From Eledone cirrhosa (Eukaryota), in NCBI GenBank assembly GCA_964016885.1, contig OZ024743.1, positions 83,948,001 to 84,012,000 on the forward strand: a stretch of 64,000 nucleotides of DNA. The letters run 5' to 3'. Below, one piece after another: positions 1 to 12,394 of this stretch (positions are counted from its first letter, which is position 1; each line of letters begins with the position of its first letter). Below the pieces are notes generated by a model. The model ran no database searches, had not been told where the DNA came from, and worked only from the letters and a program-made list of their open reading frames with translations. The translations under genes and the position numbers were made by a program.

Positions 1-3000
1 TACCACAACCTACCCTGGTACTACCACAACCAACACTATCACTACCACAACCTACATTGTCACTACCACAACCTACACTATCACTACCACAACCTATACT
101 ATCACTACCACAACATACACTATCACTACCACAACCTACATTGTCACTACCACAACCTACATTATCACTACCACAACCTACATTATCACTACCTCAACCA
201 ACACTATCACTACCACAACCTACACTATCACTACCACAATCTGCACTATCACTACCACAACACTATCACTACCACAACCTAGACTATCACTACCACAACC
301 TACATTATCACTAACACAACCTACATTATCAGTACCACAACCTACCTTATCACTGCCACAACCAACACTATCACTAACACAACCTACATTATCACTACCA
401 CAACCTACACTATCACTGCCACAACCAACACTATCACTACCACAACCTACACTATCACTACCACAACTTACACTATCACTACCACAACCTACACTATCAC
501 TACCACAACCTACACTATCACTACAACAACCAACACTATCACTACGACAACCAACACTATCGCTACCACAACCAACACTTTCACTACTACAACCTACACT
601 ATCACTACCACAATCTACACTATCTCTACAACAACCAACACTATCACTACCACAACCAACACTATCACTACCACAACCAACACTATCACTACTACAACCT
701 ACACTATCACTACCACAACCTACACTGTCACTACCACAACCTACACTATCACTAACACAACCTACATTATCACTACCACAACCTACACTATCACTACCAC
801 AACCAACACTATCACTACCACAACCTACACTATCACTACCACATCCTACATTATCACTTTTAACAACCTACACTACTACAACCACAACCTACCCTCTCAC
901 TACCACAACACTATCACTACCACAACCTACTCTATCACTACCACATCCTATATTATCACTATCACAACCTACACTACTACTACCACAACCTACCCTCTCA
1001 CTACCACAGCCTACACTATCACTACCACAACCTACATTATCACTACCACAAACTACACTATCACTACCACAACCTACACTATCACTACCACAACCTACAC
1101 TATCACTACCACAATCTACATTATCACAACCACAATCAACACAATCACTACCACAACCAACACTATCACTACCACAACCAACACTATCACTACTACAACC
1201 TACACTATCACTACCACAATCTACACTATCACTACCACAATCTACACTATCACTACCACAACACTATCACTACCACAACCTACACTATCACTACCACAAC
1301 CTACATTATCACTAACACAACCTACACCATCACTACCACAACCAACACTATTACTACCACAACCAACACTATCACTATCACAAACTACACTAACACCACC
1401 ACAACCTACACTATCACTACCACAACCTACACTATCACTGCCACAACCAACACTATCACTATTACAAACTACACTATCACTACCACAACCTACACTCTCA
1501 CTACCACAATCTACACTATCACTACCACAATCTACACTGTCACTACCACAACCTACACTATCACAACTTACACTGTTACTACCACAACCTACACTATCAC
1601 TACCACGACCTACACTATCACTATCACAAACTACACTATCACTACCACAACATACACTATCACTACCACAACCTTCATTGTCACTACCACAACCTACACT
1701 ATCACTACCACAACCTACATTATCACTACCACAACCTACATTATCACTACCACAACCTACACTATCACTGCCACAACCTACACTATCACTACCACAATCT
1801 ACACTATCACTACCACAACACTATCACTACCACAACCTACACTATCACTACCACAACCAACACTATCACTCACACAACCTACATTATCACTACCACAACC
1901 TACACTATCACTACCACAACCTACACTATCACTACCACAAACTACACTATCACTACCACAACCAACACTATCACTACCACAACCTACTACAACACTACCA
2001 CAACCTAGTTATCACTACCACAACCTACACTATCACTACCACAATCTACACTATCACTACCACAACCTACACTATCACTACCACAAACTACACTATCACT
2101 ATCACAACCTACATTATGACTACCACAACCTACACTATCACTACCACAACCTACACTATCACTATCACAACCTACATTATGACTAACACAACCTACACTA
2201 TCACTACCACAACCAACACTATCACTACCACAACCTACACTATCCCTATCACAACCTACACTGTCACTACCACAACCTACACTATGACTACCACAACTTA
2301 CACTGTTACTACCACAACCTACACTATCACTACCACAACCTACATTATCACTACCACAACCTACACTATCACTACCACAACCTACATTATCACTAACACA
2401 ACCTACATTATCACTACCACAACCTACACTATCACTTCCACAAACAACACTATCACTACCACAACCTACACTATCACTACCACAACCTACACTATCACTA
2501 CCACAATCTGCACTATCACTACCACGACACTATCACTACCACAACCTACACTATCACTACCACAACCTACATTATCACTAACACAACCTACATTATCACT
2601 ACCACAACCTACCTTATCACTGCCACAACCAACACTATCACTAACACAACCTACATTATCACTACCACAACCTACACTATCACTGCCACAACCAACACTA
2701 TCACTATCACAAACTACACTATCACAAACTACACTATCACTACCACAACCTACACTATCGCTACCACAACCTACACTATCACTACCACAATCTACACTAT
2801 TACTACAACTACACTATCACTACCACAACCTACATTATCACTAAGACAACCTACATTATCACTACCACAACCTACACTATCACTGCCACAACCAACACTA
2901 TCACTACCACAACCTACACTATCACTACCAAAACCTACACTATCACTACCACAACCTACACTATCACTACCACAATCTACACTATCACTACCACAACCTA

Positions 3001-6000
3001 CACTATCACTACCACAACCTACACTATCACTACCACAACCTACACTATTACTACCACAACCTACACTATCACTACCACAATCTACACTATCACTACCACA
3101 ACCTACACTATCACTGCCACAACCAACACTATCACTATCACAACCTACATTATCACTACCACAACCTACACTATCACTGCCACAACCAACACTATCACTA
3201 TCACAAACTACACTATCACTACCACAACCTACACTATCACTACCACAATCTACACTATCACTACCACAATCTACACTATCACTACCACAACACTATCACT
3301 ACCACAACCTACACTATCACTATCACAACCTACACTATCACTACCACAACCTACACTATCACTACTACACCTACACTATCACTATCACAACCTATACTAT
3401 CACTACCACAACCTACACTATCACTATCACAACCTACACTATCACTACCACAACCTACACTATCATTACCACAACCTACACTATCACTACCCAATCTACA
3501 CTATCACTACCACAACCTACACTATCACTACCACAACCTACACTGTCACTACCACAACCTACACTATCACTACCACAACCTACATTATCACTACCACAAC
3601 CTACACTATCACTACCACAACCAACACTATCACTACTACAACCAACACTATCACTACCACAACCTACATTATCACTACCACAACCTACACTATCACTACC
3701 ACAACCAACACTATCACTACCACAACCTACACTATCACTACTACATTCTACATTATCACTATCACAACCTACACTACCACTACCACAACCTACCCTCTCA
3801 CTACCACAACACTATCACCACCACAACCTACATTATCACTACCACAACATACACTATCACTACCACAACCTACCCTGGTACTACCACAACCAACACTATC
3901 ACTACCACAACCTACATTGTCACTACCACAACCTACACTATCACTACCACAACCTATACTATCACTACCACAACATACACTATCACTACCACAACCTACA
4001 TTGTCACTACCACAACCTACATTATCACTACCACAACCTACATTATCACTACCTCAACCAACACTATCACTACCACAACCTACACTATCACTACCACAAT
4101 CTGCACTATCACTACCACAACACTATCACTACCACAACCTAGACTATCACTACCACAACCTACATTATCACTAACACAACCTACATTATCAGTACCACAA
4201 CCTACCTTATCACTGCCACAACCAACACTATCACTAACACAACCTACATTATCACTACCACAACCTACACTATCACTGCCACAACCAACACTATCACTAC
4301 CACAACCTACACTATCACTACCACAACTTACACTATCACTACCACAACCTACACTATCACTACCACAACCTACACTATCACTACAACAACCAACACTATC
4401 ACTACGACAACCAACACTATCGCTACCACAACCAACACTTTCACTACTACAACCTACACTATCACTACCACAATCTACACTATCTCTACAACAACCAACA
4501 CTATCACTACCACAACCAACACTATCACTACCACAACCAACACTATCACTACTACAACCTACACTATCACTACCACAACCTACACTGTCACTACCACAAC
4601 CTACACTATCACTAACACAACCTACATTATCACTACCACAACCTACACTATCACTACCACAACCAACACTATCACTACCACAACCTACACTATCACTACC
4701 ACATCCTACATTATCACTTTTAACAACCTACACTACTACAACCACAACCTACCCTCTCACTACCACAACACTATCACTACCACAACCTACTCTATCACTA
4801 CCACATCCTATATTATCACTATCACAACCTACACTACTACTACCACAACCTACCCTCTCACTACCACAACACTATCACCACCACAACCTACATTATCACT
4901 ACCACAACATAAACTATCACTACCACAACCTACCCTGTCACTACCACAACCAACACTATCACTACCACAACCTACACTGTCACTACCACAACCTACACTA
5001 TCACTACTACAACCTATACTATCACTACCACAACATACACTATCATTACCACAACCTACACTATCACTACCTCAACCAACACTATCACTACCACAACCTA
5101 CACTATCACTACCACAACATACACTAGCACTACCACAACTAACACTATCACTACCACAACCAACACTATCACTACCACAACCTACACTATCACTACCACA
5201 ACCTACACTATCACGACCACAACCATCACTATCACTACCACAACCTACACAAATACTACCACAACCAACACTATCACGACCACAACCAACACTCTCACTA
5301 CCACAACCTACACTATCACTACCACAACCAACACTATCACGACCACAACCAACACTATCACTACCAAAACCTACACTATCACTACCACAACCTACACTAT
5401 CACTACCACAAGCTACACTATCACAACCTACACTGTCACTACTACAACCTACACTATCACTACCACAACCTACACTACTACAACCTACACTATCACTACC
5501 ACAACCTACACTATCACAACCTACACTGTCACTACTACAACCTACACTATCACTACCACAACCTACACTACTACAACCTACACTATCACTACCACAACCA
5601 ACACTATCACTACCACAACCTACATTATCACTACCACAACCAACACTATCACTACCACAACCAACACTATCACTATCACTACTAAAACATACACTACCAC
5701 TACCACAACCTAAACTATCACTACCACAACCAACACTATCTCTACCACAACCAACACTATCATTACCACAACCTACATTATCACTACCACAACCAACACT
5801 ATCACTACCACAACCTAGACCGTCACTACCACAACCAACACTGTCACTACCACAACCTACACTGTCACTACCACAACCTACACTATCACTACCTCAACCA
5901 TCACTATCACTACCACAACCTACACTATCACTACCACAACATACACTATCACTACCACAACCAACACTATCACTACCACAACCAGCACTATCACTACCAC

Positions 6001-6712
6001 AACCAACACTACCACTACCACAACCTACATTATCACTACCACAACCTACACTATCACTACCACAACCTACACTATCACTATCACAACCTACACTATCACT
6101 ACCACAACCAACAATATCACTATCACAACATACATTATCACTACCACAACCTACACTATCACTACCACAACCTACACTATCACTACCACAACCTCCATTA
6201 TCACTACCACAACCTACATTATCACTACCACAAACTCCTTTATCACTACCACAACCTACATTATCACTACCACAACCTACATTATCACTACCACAACCTA
6301 CACTATCACTACCACAACCTACACTGTCACTACCACAACCAACAATATCACTATCACAACATACATTATCACTACCACAACCTACACTATCACTACCACA
6401 ACCTACATTATCACTACCACAAGCTACATTATCACTACCACAACCTACATTATCACTACCACAACCTACATTATCATTACCACAACCTACATTATCACTA
6501 CCACAACCTACATTATCACTACCACAACCTACACTATCACTACCACAACCTACATTATCACTACCTCAACCTACATTATCACTACCACAATCTACATTAT
6601 CACTACCACAACCTACATTAGCACTACCACAACCTACATTATCACTACCACAACCTACATTATCACTACCACAACCAACATTATCACTACCACAACTAGA
6701 ACATTATCATCA
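1..6712. repeat. 21-bp tandem satellite, consensus ACTACCACAACCTACACTATC, with 15-bp and other indel variants; extends past the window start
   Basis: Direct tandem repetition over 6.7 kb; almost no G on the + strand; ORFs 57..314, 1678..2844 and 3917..4174 are 7-aa repeat translations (LPQPTLS / YHNLHYH / TTTYTIT). Confidence 0.97.
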
Positions 6713-6774
6713 CAAATTGGTTAATGACCAGCTCAAACAATCTTATGTCCACAACAACCAACCACATCATCTGT

Positions 6775-7030
6775 TTTTGCCCGTGTTTGTATGTTTATGG
6801 TATGGATGTGTTTGTTTGCGTCTGGGTGTATGTGTGCGTTTGTGAACAGGCGTGTGTGTTTGTGTACGCGTGCGTGTTTATGTGTGGGGTTCATATGTGT
6901 GTGTGTTTGTGTGTGAGTGTTTGTTTGAGCGTGTGTTTGTGTGTGTCTATGTTTGTGTGTGTGCTTGTATTTGTATGGGCGTGGCTGTGTGTGTTTGTGT
7001 TTATGTATTTGTGTATCTGTAAGTGTGTTT
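6775..7030. repeat. Degenerate (TG)-rich low-complexity tract
   Basis: Visible TG/GT-rich composition. Confidence 0.8.
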
Positions 7031-7049
7031 AATAATAATAATAATTTAA

Positions 7050-7226
7050 TTATTGAGTAAAGTGCTCAGTGTCTGTTTACATTGTTTGGTATACTCCATA
7101 AATCATGTTTGATAGTTAAAGATCGATAAAATAAATACCAAACTGAAATATATAGCAGGGTCAATATATGTTACTCAACTATGAAGGGCGGAGCCCTAAC
7201 AGTTCAATGGCTTAGAGCAATAAACA
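7050..7226 (+). mobile_element. Probable decayed SINE body/3' part
   Basis: GATCGATAAAATAAATACCA...GGGTCAAT...TGAAGGGCGGAGCCC...CAGTTCAATGGCT resembles my recollection of mollusc/cephalopod tRNA-SINE bodies; not verified by search. Confidence 0.35.
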
Positions 7227-7356
7227 GTGGTTTATTTATATACTTCTATCGATATTAATTTATCTTATAATAAAAGAATACATGTGTGTATACACGCACA
7301 TAACGCACATACACTTACACACAAGTATACAGACATACACACACACACACGCAACA

Positions 7357-7389
<33 letters not shown>

Positions 7390-7522
7390 CTGTAGAGAGA
7401 GTGAGAAAGAAAAAGAGAGAGGTGCGGATGTATGCATGTGAGTATGTGTGCATGAGTGTGTGTATACACACATATATATATATATATTTCTTTAGTCAAA
7501 AATACGGTGAAAGGTTCTATTC

Positions 7523-7570
<48 letters not shown>

Positions 7571-8003
7571 GGTGCTATGGTGGTTGTTGGTAGGTTACTT
7601 TCCTTTGATGTTATTGTTTTCGTTTACTTGATTCTCCGTTGTATCTATATATACCAAAGCTATATGTTAAACCCTGCAGTATTCCGATGATTTGATCAGA
7701 GACACACACTGTATTTAAGGTCGAGTGATGCAACTTCGAGTGATTAGCGGCCTTTAGACTCATCTGATCAATTAAACAGTTGTTAATACTCTAAATAAAA
7801 CCCTTTTTTTTACAGCCGACCATGTTATTCTTCACTCTTTTACTACTATTACTTCAAGAATGACCTGCATGGGAATTCTCGCAAACTCACCCCTAACTAA
7901 GGAAACCTTTTGTTGAGTCAAACAACGCCGTACGTTAAAACTATCCAGAGTACAGAGTACTCACAACCTCTAACTGGATTACCTTTAACAATAACTTGTT
8001 ATC

Positions 8004-8134
<131 letters not shown>

Positions 8135-8266
8135 TGTATATATAGTGTATTTTGCAATGCAATACACTGTATGCTTAATTAAAAGCATTTCGAAGACCTT
8201 ACGCTATTGTTTTAGAGTAGTGACAGTCTCACTTACTTTAAATTTTCAGCAAACAGGGGAGATAAA

Positions 8267-8309
8267 GCTGACAGAGCTCTGTTTCGTACTGATTGGTACT
8301 TATCAAAGC
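8267..8309 (-). ncRNA. Second, inverted copy of the same hammerhead ribozyme
   Basis: Exact reverse complement of 8548-8590. Confidence 0.72.
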
Positions 8310-8547
8310 CAAGTACTCCACCTGTTTGCTGAAAATCATGAATGTTTGATTCTTATAGAATTCTAGTAATAATTAGGAATTGATTATACAGAGCGATTGC
8401 GGTCAAGCAGAAATTGAAAATTAGAATTGGTGCTCTGAAATAGCGATATATATATTAATGTATATATAGTGTATTTTGCAATACATTGTAGGCTTAATTA
8501 AGAGCATTTCGAAGACCTTACGCTTCAACAAACAGGTGGAGTACTTG

Positions 8548-8590
8548 GCTTTGATAAGTACCAATCAGTACGAAACAGAGCTCTGTCAGC
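8548..8590 (+). ncRNA. Minimal type I hammerhead ribozyme with U3-A8 core variant
   Basis: GCT-TTGATAA-GTAC caatca GTAC-GAAA-CAGAGCTCTG-TC-AGC: stem I GCT/AGC, stem II GTAC/GTAC, palindromic stem III, GUC cleavage triplet at 8585-8587. Confidence 0.75.
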
Positions 8591-8751
8591 TTTATCTCCC
8601 CTGTTTGCTGAAAATTTAAAGTAAGTTAGACTGTCACTACTCTAAAACAAAAGCGTAAGGTCTTCGAATGCTTTTAATTAAGCATACAGTGTATTGCAAA
8701 ATACACTATATATACATTCATATATATATCGCTATTTCAGAGCACCAATTC

Positions 8752-8818
<67 letters not shown>

Positions 8819-8935
8819 TAGAACCTTTCGCCGTATTTTGGACTAAAGAAATTTTAGCCTGATAGTGGGGTTTAAAACCCTCTAAGACATGGAAAAAGAT
8901 GAGTATTGACGTACATATATATATATACGTATATG

Positions 8936-9053
<118 letters not shown>

Positions 9054-9281
9054 TATATACGATATATTAACAAATGGAAACTATATTTATAAAACCATAT
9101 TTATTTCATTATACATATTTCAAGGACACCAATTCAAATTATGGTGCGCTTTCATCAGATAAAATATAATATAGATCAGTTTTATAAATAAATATTGACA
9201 TACCCTTAAAGAATGCGACCATTTCTGTTGGAAGCTCCCGGATATTTGCTTGTTGTATCCCAACAATTTAAATATAACTTC

Positions 9282-9325
<44 letters not shown>

Positions 9326-9426
9326 GAAGTTATATTTAAATTGTATATATATATATATATATACTTATATATATATATTTATATATACACACACCAACAA
9401 TATAAGACTCAGAGACCCGCACGTAT

Positions 9427-9458
<32 letters not shown>

Positions 9459-9479
9459 ACACACACACAAACTGAAGCA

Positions 9480-9800
9480 ATACTGAAGCAATAATGCTCA
9501 CCTACCCATTTCACCCCATCAGCACACATACAACCACCCCCATGACACACCTGGATCCTTCATTTTGGCCCCCACTCTCAAATGCCTGTCCAATCGCTTA
9601 CCCCGCCCAACAATCTTTTCCCAACAATCTTTACCAAACTTTCATGTACCTACCTGTTCTCTCTTTATCCGAACTCTCCATTTCCTGATGAAGGATTTCC
9701 GTCCGAAACGTAGAACCCACCTCCACTTCCTCCCTGCGTGCTCCTAAGAAGACTTCGTATTTTTGCATCCCTGTGTTTATTTTGTTTTATTTGTTCGACT
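9480..9800 (+). mobile_element. Penelope-like terminal remnant (boundaries approximate)
   Basis: Pyrimidine-rich segment containing the CTGATGAAGG...CCGAAACGT hammerhead signature and ending at (TA)n. Confidence 0.45.
9682..9715 (+). ncRNA. Minimal type I hammerhead ribozyme motif
   Basis: TTC-CTGATGA-A-GGA tttccg TCC-GAAA-CG-TA-GAA: stem I TTC/GAA, palindromic ACGT stem III, GUA triplet; one extra A before stem II. Confidence 0.6.
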
Positions 9801-10261
9801 ATATATATATATTGAGAAACACAAGCATCATACATACTATATATGTTGTGATACCTTTAATTAGTATACAACTACTCTAAATTCTTTATGTTGAGCTGCT
9901 CATACTGTGACTAGTACTTCGCACTTCTTTCTAGTGGATATGACGTCCAGTCCTGATTATATTTGCAGCCAAGTTAAAACGTTCTTACATCATGTTGTCT
10001 ATAGAGTTGACCGAGCTCTCGGGTCCTGGCAGATATAAAAGTATTTTGCACTCTATACTATATTGAAACTTATTCAAAGACGAAATTCCTCTGATGATTG
10101 ATTCGCGTCTCTTATAGATTTACCAAAATCGATAGTTGGTGATCAATGATCGATTGCTTAGATCGATTTTAAGGAAAGAAGAACTTTTCCACCTTGAAGT
10201 ACTTATTTTTTCCTAAATATCATGGTCTTTATATGTGTACAAAATACTATTTCTCAAACGA

Positions 10262-10395
<134 letters not shown>

Positions 10396-10507
10396 GATAT
10401 ATTTTTTTATTTGAATTATATATATATTAATGAATGGTGTTTTAGAACTGTCTAATATTACCTGAATAACCACTCAACACATAACAGGATGTATAATATA
10501 TTTTACG

Positions 10508-10539
<32 letters not shown>

Positions 10540-10799
10540 TTTATGTATGTATGTATGTATGTATGGGTGTGCGTTCGTGTCTCTTCATAAATGTAAGTAT
10601 GCCATATGCACGCAGGTAATTATTCATACCAGGAAACTCAGGTGGAGAATCATTAGAATGTCTAACAAATCTTCATTATGAAGCTGTCTGACAAGATGTT
10701 GGGACGAGGGCGTTGGTTTGCTTTGTTTTGTCTTACATTTTCAGGTTTCTATTCAAATCTGTTGTTACACACCCCAGTGCACCTTTAACCATCAAGACG

Positions 10800-11490
10800 C
10801 ATAACCCACAACCCACAACAGCCCACAACAACCCACAGCAACCCACAACCCACAAATAGCAACAGACAACAGCCAACAACACATATATCAACTCGCCACG
10901 ACCCACAACACAGAACAACGTGCAACCTACAACACATATCAACCAACAACGACCTACAACAACCTAAATCAACCCACAATAACACACAACAACCACATCA
11001 ATCCAACAACAAACCAATCAACCAACAACATACTACAACACCCCACAGCATCACACATCAATACACATTGATCCACAACAAACCACATCGATCCTCAACA
11101 AACCACATCGATCCACAACAAACAACAACCCATTTCAAACCACAACAACCCACATCAACCAATAACAGCCCACAACACCCATCAATATACAATAACCAAC
11201 AACAACACTCAACGACCTACAACAACGCACAGCACACAACAACTCACAACACACAGTAACTCACAACACACAACAGCCCACAACAACACACAACAATCCA
11301 CAACAATCCAATAATAAACCACATCAACACACAACAGCCTACAACAATCCAACAACAGCCCACAACAACCCACAACAACCCATAACAGCCCACAACAACC
11401 CACAACATTCCACATCAACCCACAACAGTCCACAACCCACAGTAGCCCACAACAAGCCACAACAACTCACAATAACCCACAACAACCTAC
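10800..11490. repeat. Degenerate CAA-rich minisatellite (CACAACAACC-like ~10-bp units)
   Basis: Direct observation of repeated cacaacaacc/cacaacagcc. Confidence 0.8.
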
Positions 11491-11690
11491 AGTGTTGTGT
11501 CTGCTGGGTGACTAGTGTGTGTTTATGTGCTTGTTGTTATTGTGCTTGTGTATGTATTTATTTATCTTATTTTATTTAATTTTATTTAAAATTAAATAAA
11601 ATTAAATAAAATAAGATAAATAAATACATACACAAGCACAATAACAACAAGCACATAAACACACACTAGTCACCCAGCAGACACAACACT
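11491..11690. repeat. 200-bp palindrome (99-bp arms, 2-nt AA centre)
   Basis: 11491 AGTGTTGTGTCTGCTGGGTGACTAG... is the reverse complement of ...CTAGTCACCCAGCAGACACAACACT 11690; arms match by eye up to 11590/11591. Confidence 0.92.
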
Positions 11691-12124
11691 ATACACACTA
11701 GTCACACATCACACATAACACTATACACACACGCAAACGCATGCGCAAAGAAGACAAAATAAAATAAGATAAACAAACAAGCAAATAAATAAATAAATAT
11801 ATAGACAGACTGAATAGAATAAAAAATGGTGTAGGCATACAACACAACAGGAGGAACAATGAATATAACACCACTGACGATGTTGCAGATGTGCAACGAA
11901 AGATTTATGTAAATTATGTAAACTATATATATATATGTGTGTTTGTGTCTATATTGTATCTGTATTATTTTTGACCGCCGGTCAGTCAATGGCAACATTG
12001 AGGACCGAGTAAGTTAGATCGCAGATATAATAAAAGACAGCGAGAAGCGAAAACCAACCAAACAGTGAGTGTGTTCTGTTATTAATTCTGGCAATATTAC
12101 GCAAATATGACCCTCCCCAAGTAT

Positions 12125-12132
<8 letters not shown>
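11591..12132 (+). mobile_element. Probable Penelope-like terminal remnant related to 23101-23740
   Basis: 12107-12132 reverse complement ATATTGTTATACTTGGGGAGGGTCAT matches 23157 ATATTGTTATACTTTGGGAGGGTCAT; shared TTGGTTGG motif; fold-back at one end, (AT)n at the other. Confidence 0.45.
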
Positions 12133-12188
<56 letters not shown>

Positions 12189-12261
12189 AAAGAGTGGAGA
12201 ATAACGTGGTCGGCTGTACAATAGGTTTTATTTAAAGTATTAACAATTGTTTCATTAGTCC

Positions 12262-12308
<47 letters not shown>

Positions 12309-12339
12309 CTAATTATATCTAAATGTTTCTTCTCTCTTC

Positions 12340-12391
<52 letters not shown>

Positions 12392-12394
<3 letters not shown>

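Noticed and set aside
1678-2844. 388-aa Thr/His-rich mucin-like ORF
   Set aside because: Translation of the 21-bp satellite, whose consensus has no stop in any + frame; drifts between repeat registers; no ATG start, signal peptide or splice evidence.
10091-10135. CTGATGA hammerhead candidate
   Set aside because: No GAAA core or convincing stems downstream.
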